From Hormiphora californensis (taxonomy: Eukaryota; Animalia; Ctenophora), in assembly GCA_020137815.1 (NCBI GenBank), contig CM035352.1, forward strand, positions 4,464,001 through 4,528,000: a DNA stretch of 64,000 nucleotides, given 5' to 3'. A program made the position numbers and the translations under genes. The notes under the pieces were generated by a model. The model was given only the letters and a program-made list of their open reading frames with translations, ran no database searches and had not been told where the DNA came from. Positions 1 to 11,305 of the stretch are shown here, one piece after another (position 1 is the stretch's first letter; each line of letters opens with the position of its first letter).

Positions 1-103
1 AATGAGGGCCAGTGCACCCGCTGCACCTCTAAACAGGATCAGCTACGAGAAGATCAAGGAGAGGACTCAAAAAGTAAGACGAATCATGGGAAATACTTCA
101 TGA
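1..103 (+). CDS. Possible 3' end of an upstream gene (last exon, ...RASAPAAPLNRISYEKIKERTQKVRRIMGNTS*)
   Basis: Open frame from the window edge to TGA at 101-103, followed by UTR-like sequence converging on the CatSper-gamma-like 3' end; no recognisable motif. Confidence 0.25.
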   Translation, partial: MRASAPAAPLNRISYEKIKERTQKVRRIMGNTS

Positions 104-560
104 GTTATCATACTACATGACTGTAATGTCAGCCCGATTCGGAGAGGACAGTCTTTTGGGAAACACCTCCTGGGGAGATCTTGAGGAGAGAGAGAGAGAG
201 AGACTGCTGTATATCGGATAATCCCCACCCCATTATATTGACAATTTCAGAAAGATTTGCTTATGGAAGAGTAAACTGTAAAGTGAGAACTTATAATTCA
301 CAGTCATGGTAGTTTAAATGCTAAGAAAAGACGGTCTCAGCAAGTCTGAAGTTATGATCTGAGTCGGACTTAGAAAAAGTCACATGAACTGTTTATCACG
401 AGGGGATAACTATGTTTTTATTCCTGAAAAGTGTTTTCTACCCCTCTGTAATTTATTTTAGTTTCCACACTTGATAGTATCTGAGTAGTTAATTTATATC
501 CAAATATACCGAACCACCACTTCAGTGAGATTGTTACTTTCACTAAAAACAGTGAGTTCG

Positions 561-3500
561 TTACTTTATGCTACTTCGAGGGCTCAGAGCCTGTGGCTTT
601 GTAAGTCTCCTGATCGCTAGAGATGACCGGGTAGCTGCTGCTCCAGGAGGTGCTGGCACGGATAAGGATGACCTCTGGATATTCCTGATATCCGAGATGA
701 GGCTGGCCCTCCGATCACCCCCTCCCCTCCGGGTGGCCCTCCTTTCCATCACTTGTTTCTGTAAAAATGCTGCTCTGGCATCGTCAGCGTCTTCGTCTTT
801 CGGTTCAGCACACGTCACCTCTATCTGTGAGTGAGTGAGTGAGTGAGGGTGTGAGTGAGTGAGTGAGTGAGTGAGTGAGTGAGTGAGTGAGTGAGTGAGT
901 GAGTGAGTGAGTGAGTGAGTGAGTGAGTGAGTGAGTGAGTGAGTGAGTGAGTGAGTGAGTGAGTGAGTGAGTGAGTGAGTGGGTGAGTGAGTGAGTGAGT
1001 GAGTGAGTGATTGCGAATGGATGCTAGATAAGTACACATGTCTCAGAACTGATTTAGTTTTACTGACTATTGCTGATCAGAGGGGGGTTGATCAGATGGG
1101 GGTAAATGACCACCAACACCCCACCAGCTGTCAATATCACTTACCACCAACACCCCACCAGCTGTCAATATCACTTACCACGAATTCCTGCCAGCCGAAC
1201 TTCTTGATAAATATCAGGCAGACGTAGCCAATGAAGAGGAAGATAAAGAGGAAAAGAGAAACCAGACTCTGCCATGTGCTGAGTTGTAACCCTTGGACAC
1301 ACACTGTCAGCTCTCTCTGAAATTATTTTTTGGATTAAAAGGGACACATACTGTCAAATATTGTCAACAAGTCAAATAGCTCTTTCCAAACCGGACACTT
1401 TGAAAAAATCCCCGGCAAAATTGATACACCCAGCCACTGGTGCAGCAAGGCAGCAGTATTTACCTCAAATTCACAATAGATCCGATCATTCTCCATATTC
1501 TTGTTAGTAAAAAGAAGATTAAAACAGAAACTGGGGACTCCCTCCTGGGTCTTGGGGAATACAGCTGAGCAGGGTGATTGTTCATTGCATGTCCAGGTAT
1601 AGTTGTTACCAGTTTCGTATAACCACACCGCACTAGATCCTCCGGTACCATTAGCATTGAACTTATCGATCTCTTCGTCACTGTAGGATGGGAATATAAG
1701 GGGGTTACCTGGTAGGATGAGAATGTCTGAATAAACCAGGATAACATTGTCAGAGCATTGGCCTGAGCCTATTTTCCTGGGCCTATTTTCATTTCAGAGC
1801 TCGCGAGAACAGCGGACAGAGCATTGGCCTGAAAGGAATATTATATCCTCAGTTTATATTGATAAACCCTCATGAGTCGATCGAACAATGTGTCTGGACT
1901 GTGCGAGGAATGTATCAGTATCATATATATTCGATAAACCAGGATAGACACTTGCGGTAGATGGAATATTGAGTGCTCGAATTAAGGTCTAATACAGTAA
2001 CATTAAAGCCGGTCCCCGATCTACCAGACACCCCGATTTACCAGGTGAAATTTCTTCCTCCTAGGATGCCGGTAAATGTTGTTGAGTAAGGGGGAAGACT
2101 GAGACACTCTTCCCCCTTACTCAACAAGGTAAATGGGGGTCTGACTGTCAAATGATAATTACCTGTAAGGCATGATGTCATCAGGAGAGTGTCCTCCACC
2201 GATTATTGTCAGGGAAAAGTTACCTTCATACTGACTTTCATCACCTGACACCTGGATAAGTATTGCTCAGTAAGGGGTGGACACCTGGTAGTTGTACGAA
2301 ACAAGTAAACAACCAATCAGAACTCGTTATTTAGGTCACGTGACTGGTTATCACTTATCGGCCAATCAGGGATCAGTATTTCCTGATTCGGTCGGTTCCT
2401 GGTGGACACCTGGTAATTGTACCGGCTGATAACACGTCGTCAAGCGATTCAAAACAGCTTCTTGGATAGTATCGTATAATAATGGAGAAGTTCAGCCTAT
2501 TGGAGTGGGGACCTACCAGATCAAACACTTTGAAAACAGGTGAGAATAACTGATCGTACTGAAGCCATGTCGTGTTTTCAGTGGATTTATCTACTAAGGA
2601 CCCTCCTGAACTTTCCAGATCTATCCGGACCTTCTGGTAGGGTTTACAGCCAATGTTCAGGCTGAATGATGGCAGGGAAGCGACGTGGAGCGGGAGTAGG
2701 ACTACACTGACTTGTGTCAAGTTCTCTCCTGGAGAGAGGGAGATGTGATCGTTACAGCATACTTCCCTTTGTTACAGCATATATTACAGCATGTTACAGC
2801 TACTCTTTTTACCCCTCTTTTACCATGGTATTAGCCGCTGAAATTTTGAAAGAAAATGCGAACTAGTTACAATCACTTGTTTTGTTCAAACCCGGGGCGC
2901 GGGGAGGGAGGGTCGAACAAGGCAAACAATCACGATGAGGGGGGGGGGTGATCAAGTTTACCTGGGGCTCCCTTCGTTGAAATTCCTGCCTCTTCAAATG
3001 TGACGATATGTGTAACTGTAACATCCTTGTAATTTATCTTCTCCGAAACTGACTCCACAACAAATGCCCCATGCCACACATTGATACTCTCTGCTGCCTG
3101 GGTTACCAGGTAATCTAAGGTAGGGAGAAATAGCAACGTGAATTGAATTTTGGACCAGTCACCAGCTTGTCTTAGTGCCTTATAATAGAGGTGTTTCAAA
3201 ACCTTACCGATTTGGTTAACATGAGGGGTGTAGAAAGAGTAGGTAATGATAATAGAGGTGTTTGAAAACCTTACCGATTTGGTTAACATCAGGGGTGTAG
3301 AAAGAGTAGGTAATGATAACAGAGTAGGATTCCCCATACTGTAGGTATACATTCTCCGGTAACCGGTTAGCCTCACATTTCTCCTGAAACATACATGCAG
3401 CTAGGTTGGCATTCTCACAATTAGACTCTCCTAAATCAACATCCCACATGATCTCTGCATGAAGATAAAATTAGTCGATATGATAAGTTACTCCCCCTTC

Positions 3501-5359
3501 ACTAACAATGTGTTGAGAAGCTTGCTCGTAGATGTATGTTGATTGTCGGGTGAAGGCGGGGTGGTGACTAGAGCAGACAGTTACTTTAATCGGGTTATGA
3601 ATCACACCTGAAACACGATTTGATAGATAGTACCCAATTGGTAGTACCCAATCAATCAATCAATCAAAGAACCTCTCATGGTAGTACCTATCCACCTGTT
3701 ACTTTCTGATCGCATGCAGCAAACAATCAATATTTTACCCCGCTAATAACTTTGCGGCTCTTACCGGATAGAACTTCCTCAGTCTCCCCCTCGATCTTGA
3801 TAAGTTCAGCCATTTCCCCAAGATTATAACTTGTCCTGACCATCTCTTTTCCTGACCCCGTGTCATCCAGATAGGCCCGCTCCAGAAGATTGTCTCTAAT
3901 CCGGGTCAGAGTTGAATGTTGGTCGTCCGAGGAGAGCGTCACATAACTCTCGATATTAGAAATGTGAGACAGGAAACCAGAGTAGATGTGAGAGGGTGAC
4001 TGGATCACATAGCGACCTGATGGGGGAGTTGGGATTGACAAATATATTGGAGCAAAGGGTGGATAAGAACAGATAGAAACCTAAGAAACAGAGTGAAATA
4101 TTGATCTACCGGACCCTCACAGAGCGCTCGTCATTTTATGAAATAAAATGCGGTGTGAGCTAATAGCTCAAGCTATACAAGCGAAACAATGCAATCCTCA
4201 CTCCTTAGTTATTCCTCACCATTTCCATCGAGGGTGACATTGTAGTCTTGGTTGGGATTGTGTTCAATTGGCACCAAATACCACACACACCCAAAACAGG
4301 GCGAGTATACAACTACACTCCCAACTCCTGAAATGAGGTCAAATAAGGTTGGTAGAATCCCAAACACCATGAGAATATTATCATGACAATATGATGAAAA
4401 TATCATGAGAGGTTTATATATTGCGAGTTTTGCTGACTCTGATCATAGCAAACACGTACCAATAATATGTGATGATTGTTTCTGCAGGGAGTAGAACTTG
4501 TCGAGATGAAAGGAAGTTGAACCACTGGCCACCTCATCAAGCAACGTCATATCCCCTACCTCCCCAACACTACTGGGAAACGTTACACAACTACTACTAC
4601 CATCCTTTAAAATAGTAGCAGCAACCAGGTCATCATCTCGATTAAACAGCACCATCTCCCGCTCACTAGATGCCATGATGTCCAGGAGAGTGATATTAGC
4701 ACCCCAATCACCTCCCTTTACAACACAACCACTGTTAGTGACGTCACCAGACTCTAGGATAAGAACTGGATCGTTGCCAAGATCCTCAACTCTGTATATC
4801 TTCTCAGACTCGGTGATGAGGAGGAGGGAGTTGTGGGAGATATCAGGAGTTACCCGTCTAATACAACCCAGGGAGGGTAGGAGGGTGGTGGTTGTGGGTT
4901 GTGAGGGGAAATGGAAGGAGGTTCCCGTTGTAGAGGGCAACATGGAGGTTACCAGACAGGGGTAGAATATGGATGACTTCATCATTCTGTTGAAGGTAAT
5001 ACTATCATCAATAAGGTGTTATTAACTAACAATTCGGGGCAAGTCTGCGTATCCATTTCTAAGTTTTCGGACAAATCTCGGGGGGAAGTCTGGGTATCGG
5101 TATTAATCTCGCGGAACGCAGGTCGACCTCTTTAGAGGGGTTGATTCGTAACCAAGGGTACGTTTGGATATCGATATTAGACAAACCTGGGGACATGTTT
5201 GGGTATTGATAGTGGATGGGTCATAAGGGATGACTGCAGTGTTGTCCCCGACCAACCACAGCAGAATGAAGTTGGGAGAATCAAGATCAGCCAGGTTCAT
5301 CACCGTTTCTACTCCCTGGATATATAATAGTTTTGTAGGCGTGATCTGAATGATTTTAC

Positions 5360-5452
<93 letters not shown>

Positions 5453-6925
5453 TCTAACCTCAGGTAAAGGGTGAAGTTTTGTGTACAGCGGTTTGTAACT
5501 AGGTGAACACTCTTGTGGCACAATTGAAATGTAGACAGCTTCGTCAATTGGGGAGGAGAGATGGATAGTTCCGATCGTCTCACAATCATCTTCACCCCAC
5601 TCAACATACCCAGGGCTCTCTGTGCCTTTCTTCCTGGGAATGCAGGGTGTTATTAGTAGTGTGTATTATGTAGCCTACCGCCGCGGTAAGGGCAAAAGGG
5701 ATGCTGAGTATCTCGGTATGCAAAGAGAATGGGAAATCCAGGGGCGCCGCGACACCCCTCTATAATATGTGTACTTATGGCCTCATGAGACCCGTGGGTA
5801 GTATAGTAGTAATAGACCGGTGGGTAAACTAGATAAACATTCCCTTTGATTTGTATTGCTAACTTGTGAGTCCACTGGTTATTATACATGGTCGGACCCT
5901 GATTTACCGGGATGCTCGGTGGAACGGATTTTGCCCGGTATACCGTGTATTGGGGGGTATTATTATAATAGATTCCCATTTCCCAACTTTATCGAGGGCC
6001 TGTTCAATAGGTAGGCTTCTAAAATACAACAGTAGCAACATGTCGCCATATAACTAACGCCTGATTTCCCGATGAATAAGTTGAGACTTGATGCATCTCA
6101 TACAACTCGTCCCCGGCCTCGCACAACTTGTTCCCTGCTCTTTAGTTATTATTAATCGCACAAGTCGGTGTGGAAGTATAGTTGTTAGTCGCTCGCCTCG
6201 ATTCTAATCCCGATCCCAACTCAGCCAATCAGTCAATCACATATACTTCTTAACCCCAGTATAGAACTATAGGAACTATATTCCACGATGAGTACACTTG
6301 ATGATGATGACCAGCAATTGGCCACCTACATCTACGCTGGAATGATCACTTTCGGTCTAATTATCCTCCTACTATTACTTCTCCGATATGTTTACCGTAA
6401 ATATCGAGTCAGACAGCCACCGCCCCGACCTGCGGCAGTTGGGGTCCTCTAAGGGGATCCTGTGTGGCTCACATCGTGTTTTATTTCATGAAATGACCCT
6501 ATTATTGACCTAAAATAACCCTCTTATTGAGATATGTTGACTGTATACTGTACCTTAGTTGGAGAGAAGGATAGCACTGAGACTGGACAATGGTGCAATC
6601 AATGCATGTAGATCCTACCCGTAGTCTTGGAGAACTCCTGAAACGGTGGCCGTGAAATTATCGAAATAGTCAGATGGTTAAACAGTAAGATTATTTAACA
6701 GCTAGGAGTGGTGGGAGCTAAACCCGTAGTAAGACTGTTAGTCGTTGTATTGTTCACTGTTGATCGACGGTGCGTCCAAATCGGGTCGGCGCCGCCAGAC
6801 AGCAATAAGTTGGTCCTAAATGGGACAACATACCCGAAGAAATCCTCCGTGTGAAGTGAAAAATGGCAGCTGTGGTGACTGATAACTGTTGTAGCACTGA
6901 TAAGCAACAGGAAAACTACCAACAT
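561..6925 (-). CDS. CATSPERG: CatSper auxiliary subunit gamma-like single-pass membrane protein (multi-exon span)
   Basis: Signal peptide MLVVFLLLISATTVIS at 6925. Exons match remembered CatSper-gamma motifs in the right order: RLPENVYLQYGESYSVII (~3370; cf. LPERIFLDKGTEYSF), LNIGCKPYQKVRID..YDQLFSPVFKVFDL (~2660-2520), VSGDESQYEGNFSLTIIGGGHSPDDIMPY (~2165-2250), SDEEIDKFN..WTCNEQSPC..PSFCFNLLFTN..YCEFE (~1465-1680), TM exon VQGLQLSTWQSLVSLFLFIFLFIGYVCLIFIKK (~1180-1317), and a basic tail ending at 561. Confidence 0.8.
827..1010. repeat. (GAGT)n microsatellite in last CATSPERG intron, abutting the acceptor
   Basis: Near-perfect tetranucleotide run; gives spurious HSLT ORFs. Confidence 0.97.
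2008..2148. mobile_element. Degenerate Tc1/pogo-type MITE (CAGTCGGACCCCGATTT family)
   Basis: Ends CCGGTCCCCGATCTACC...AAATGGGGGTCTGACTG resemble copies at 29118, 53644 and 61376. Confidence 0.55.
2297..2401 (+). mobile_element. 5'-truncated hAT-like MITE (CAGGAACCGACC TIR family)
   Basis: Same core (AAACAAGTAAACAACCAATCAGAACTCGTTATTTAGGTCACGTGAC...TTCGGTCGGTTCCTG) as 34133 and 37186. Confidence 0.8.
5358..5446. repeat. (CTGT)n microsatellite
   Basis: Perfect tetranucleotide run in an intron. Confidence 0.97.
6288..6452 (+). CDS. Candidate 54-aa single-pass transmembrane micropeptide, nested antisense in a CATSPERG intron
   Basis: MSTLDDDDQQLATYIYAGMITFGLIILLLLLLRYVYRKYRVRQPPPRPAAVGVL*: acidic N-terminus, ~21-aa hydrophobic helix, basic stop-transfer; CCAAT at ~6226. 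Confidence 0.5.
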   Translation: MSTLDDDDQQLATYIYAGMITFGLIILLLLLLRYVYRKYRVRQPPPRPAAVGVL

Positions 6926-7226
6926 AGCTAAATAAATAAATGTGTGGTTAATATTGACTATTGTTATTCGGAATTTAAAAACTTTGTTGGGTTGAATTTC
7001 TTTTTAACTGAAAATATACATTTTAAACTTACAAAATATACAAACATTTTATATCACATATTTTAATTACATCCATGATAACCATCTGAACAACTCATTC
7101 AGCTATCACACACCAACAGAAAAAGCGTTGTTTATGTTACTAATAACAAGAAATGTCTCGGAGAGCGAGCAGAAAATAAATCAATTCTGTGTGGCATTAA
7201 CAACAAGAAAATTGTGCAAACATAAA

Positions 7227-10200
7227 TCAGCCGAAAAGTGCATTGCAGTCATTCGATTCCTGTTCCTGATCTCCCCCGAAACTAAATGCAAATCCCCCCG
7301 AATTATCATCTTGTGCTGACTCACCGAATCCCGAGTCAGCTCCAAACCCAGATCCGAACATTCCGAATGAAGTAGAGGAGGGTGATTGTTGGCCCGTATT
7401 AGATTCAGTTCCACCAAACCCAAAACTAAACCCACCATCCCCTCCCTGGCTGGTTGGACTATCGGTTCTTGCCTTGGGTGTCTGAAACTAAACAGGCCGG
7501 TGGTTACACAATTGGGTAGAGATTACACAGTGTAACTCTTATCTCAAAGTGACCCATTTGTAACTTACACTCAGATTTGCACGTGGGCGCGCTCACTTTT
7601 CTGTCAGGCAAAGTGCTGAAAATGTGAACTTTCATTTTAGCGGAGATCTCGCGCGCGCCACAAGGTTGGTTGAAATGGGCGATTCTGTCAAAGTTCAAAT
7701 GACCATCTCGGATCGCCAACGTACATTTGGTGTCCCGGTAGCGACTAGCGACTAGCGGTAACGAGATACCAGCCTATCTCTTGCCAGATACTGCGATGCC
7801 CTGGTCAGATGATCAAGAGTAACCAAGACGCCAATGGTGCACAACAAACAACGTACCTGGCTCATTGAGAACTGGTTATTTGGTGTACCGGGTGTGCCAC
7901 CACTTGCAGGGGAAGGGGCTGATACAGGAGAGGGGGCTGATACAGCAGCGGGGGTGTAGAAGTTCTCTTTATCTAGAAAGGGATGATGATGTTAGAAAGA
8001 CGGCCTACACATTACACAGGACGACTTGCTAAAAAAGCCGTTGCGGGGTGCAGTGCAGCGGAGAGAGGATCGAACACGGGACAAGGCAAAAGAGAGAAAT
8101 CAGTTTTACTTACTGTGTTCTGGTTGTTGTGGTTGTGGAGTTTTCATAACAGGTTTACTCGGTCCCTTATGCTGGACAGGGGTGAAACTGATTTTTGGGG
8201 AAGCGAAGATCTTCCCTGGAGCTGCGGGACTTGCAATTCTGGATACACTTGTTGGTGGAGCAGGGATAGAAACTCTGGTTACTTTTGGAGAACTAAACAT
8301 TTTACTAGGGACCTTGTTAACCGATACCCGCGGCTGGGTGGGCGTTTTTGGGGCACTCATCTGTGGAACCTTTGGGCTTTTCACCACCGATATGTTTGGC
8401 AGGGGGATCCTGCTCTTTGGGGTGAATTTAGGGGCCACTCGAGCCGGGATGGGTGTTGATTTGTGGGGTGGTTTCACGACAACAGGAGTGGAAGGTTTGG
8501 GCAGGCTGACCCTTGGTGGTGCGGGACTACTCGGTAGTACAACCCTTGGTGAGGCGGGTGCAGTGAACTGTCTAATCGCTGGTCTGCTAGTTAGTTTGGC
8601 AGGTTGCCCGCCACCGGATGGTGATCGTGGTCGAGGAATGCTGGAAAGGGTCACTTTTGGAGTTACAAACTTCTCGGGAGTCGATTCTGCAGCACTGGGT
8701 GTACTAAACACATCCTGTACCGGGGCCTGGGGTTTAGGTGTGAAGAACTGTTCCTTGCCCCTGCCCGTGACTGGAGAGGTGAACGTTGTTGGCTGTGTGG
8801 AGATCAGGGTTGGGTTTTGGAAAGGAGTTGGTGTGGAGGGGGTTGGGCCTTGGAAAGGAGTTGGTATGGAGGGGGCTGGGCCTCGGAAAGGAGTTGGTAT
8901 GGAGGGGGCTGGGCCCTCAAACTGTGTTTGTATAGTAGGAGGATTGACGGGAGATGGACCTTGGAAAGGGGATGGCATTGTTGCTCCAATAAGACTTGGA
9001 GTAGAGGTAGATAGTCTGACCTGCATAAAGTGTGAGAGACGGGTTAGGTTGGAAATTTAGAAAGATATTGCATAGTAATTGAAGAATAACTATAGTGACT
9101 GCTTCACTATTAGTAATTAATAATTAATTAATACAGTACCTCACTCTCCTGGGCAGGAACTTGTATAACCATCTCTTCCTCCACAATCTCCTCCACGGTC
9201 TCACTAATCTCCTCCTTCTCCTGTTGAACATTATCGATCCCCACCTGACCACCCTCCTGTGCAGTAGTAGTATCAGCAGGTATCATCTCCTGGTCAGGTG
9301 TTTCAGGTTCAACCACCACTTCCATAATACCCTCTTCTTTCTTTCTTGCCTTTTCTTTAATCTTAGCTTTCAGTTCTCGCACTATTGAGAAGAGAAGTGT
9401 TTTAGAACAACATCACAAAAAACTATCATTATTATACCAAACCATGGAGGCCACAAGAGCAATTCTGAAAAACCCACTGTTACCTTTAGCACAAAGGTTA
9501 TCCAGCTAAATCACTGTTACCTTTAGCACAAAGGTTATCCAGCTAAATCACTGTTACCTTTAGCACAAAGGTTATCCAGCTAAACCTATGTTACCTTTAG
9601 CACAAAGGTTATCCAGCTAAACCACTGTTACCTTTAGCACAAAGGTTATCCAGCTAAACCACTGTTACCTTTAGCACAAAGGTTAACCACCTCTTCCTCT
9701 AATAGCATCACTTTAGGTACACCTGGGAACGAGCAGTACACTGTTTGGTGGGCTGCCCAAGTTTCCCGGTACTTTTGCAAAGCTTTCTCGTATTGTACCA
9801 TCCTCTTCTTTCCCTCTGCTACCAACCTGAATGATGTGTAGGATCTACGAAAAGCGATAAGACTAGCGAGTAACTTACAGGAAACAAGTGAGAAACTAAG
9901 TAGTATTATATTGTCTAGCTCGACTCTGTTTCACCGCACCCCACCAAGGAGGGTTAGAACTAGTGCTATACTAGTGCTATACTGGTAACAGGATCTGGAA
10001 TAAATGATTATACCTTGAACGTTTCTTTTCTGTGTCCGCTACATGTTGAAAGGAAAGGTTGGTAGCACAACGGAGCCTGTAACACGGTGTAATTATAAAA
10101 ACGTATTAGACTGTTTCCACTATCAAAAGGTAAAGTCATGATATTTTATACTAACTATCTTCCAAATTAAGTGCTTCAATCACGATAGTGATATATTCTG

Positions 10201-10556
10201 GAGCGAGGGAGTGCACACTCTCGAGTGGTACCTACGTAACAAGGAGGGTCTGATTTGCTGATATTTGTCGCTCTACATCTTCAATCTCCCGTTCTAGCAT
10301 CGAACTCTGCTTCTCCGATTCCGCAATTTGCTGCTCCACAGATGTTATCTGATTTTGAATTGCTGCAAGAAAATAGAAAGTTTAAGATCACAGCATAGAG
10401 GAAAACTGACGATTTACAACGACGTACTTTACATTCTAGTTTCAACCTACATGTTTGTTTCTCTGCTTCATTTTGGATCAGTCTCTGAAGTTTCTTGTTC
10501 TCAAATTCTTCCTTGCTGATTAGGTCCTGCAAATTCTCATACAGAGCTTCAGCCAT
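7227..10556 (-). CDS. Coiled-coil / Pro-rich disordered protein with Phe-Gly cluster C-terminus, SIX6OS1 (C14orf39)-like (multi-exon span)
   Basis: N-terminal helical exons (MAEALYENLQDLISKEEFENKKLQRLIQ...), acidic exon ~9140-9385, large S/T/P-rich exon 8113-9021, last exon TPKARTDSPTSQGGDGGFSFGFGG..SFGMFGSGFG..GGFAFSFGG..ALFG* (7227-7482); GT-AG boundaries seen. Gene is likely; family call is tentative. Confidence 0.6.
9474..9690. repeat. 37-bp tandem repeat (~6 copies) duplicating an exon end/splice donor
   Basis: Unit CACTGTTACCTTTAGCACAAAGGTTATCCAGCTAAAY; the last copy is the real exon end on the minus strand. Confidence 0.9.
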
Positions 10557-11305
10557 GGCCTATTTATCGGAAAAGAAAACACTCCGGTACAGTTAACAGT
10601 TTCTACCTGAGGGATCGCACTTGCGCCTTTCGGATTTCGGAATGACTCTCAGGATCCATTAACCATTTTAAGTTTTAAGGTGGGATAGTGCGAGAAAAAA
10701 ACAGTTGCTCACCCTTAAACGGTCTAAGAGAGTGGAGTTCCTGACAAAGAGCTGTCAACTGCACTCAAAAGTCCAAGGAGAAAAAAAATCACAAATAAAT
10801 CACAAAATTTGGAAAAAGTCGTGAAAAGTTTCAAACTTTTGATAAAACGCGTGCCTCAAGTTTGCATGTAACGCGCGATTGTTTCAAACTTTTCAACACT
10901 ACTTTAAACAAATTAATTTGAGATGTTACAGGTAGAATGTTGAAACAGCCCCTAAGGGCAGGCCCGCATGAACTAAAGAAGAAGTTCCCTGACATCTCCC
11001 ACACCCTTTGGTACGTTTGGGAACCCAATTTAGTTCCCCACCTTCCCCTGATACATCCCATTGTATCGAACTTCCCCTTCTCAACACCGACCCCTCCCTC
11101 AGGGACGGGCTCCGGTGCACGAAGAGAGAAGGAACCAAGAAGAAAATACGAACTGCGGGTTGTGAGTTGTTTGTTAAGTATTAAAAGGACTGTTTGGTGC
11201 GTGTTCGGTTTGTGTGAGTTATTTTAGAATATTCTATTTAGACCTTACTTTTTTGAACACGCACTTAACAAATCGGATCCCCACTTGCTAAGCAACCCTG
11301 GTGAA

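Noticed and set aside
5640-6057. Short ORFs in the CATSPERG intron (108 aa minus; 41 and 63 aa plus)
   Set aside because: No motif, topology or splice support, unlike the 6288 ORF.
8026-9060. 344-aa Gly-rich plus-strand ORF
   Set aside because: Antisense shadow of the Pro-rich exon on the minus strand.
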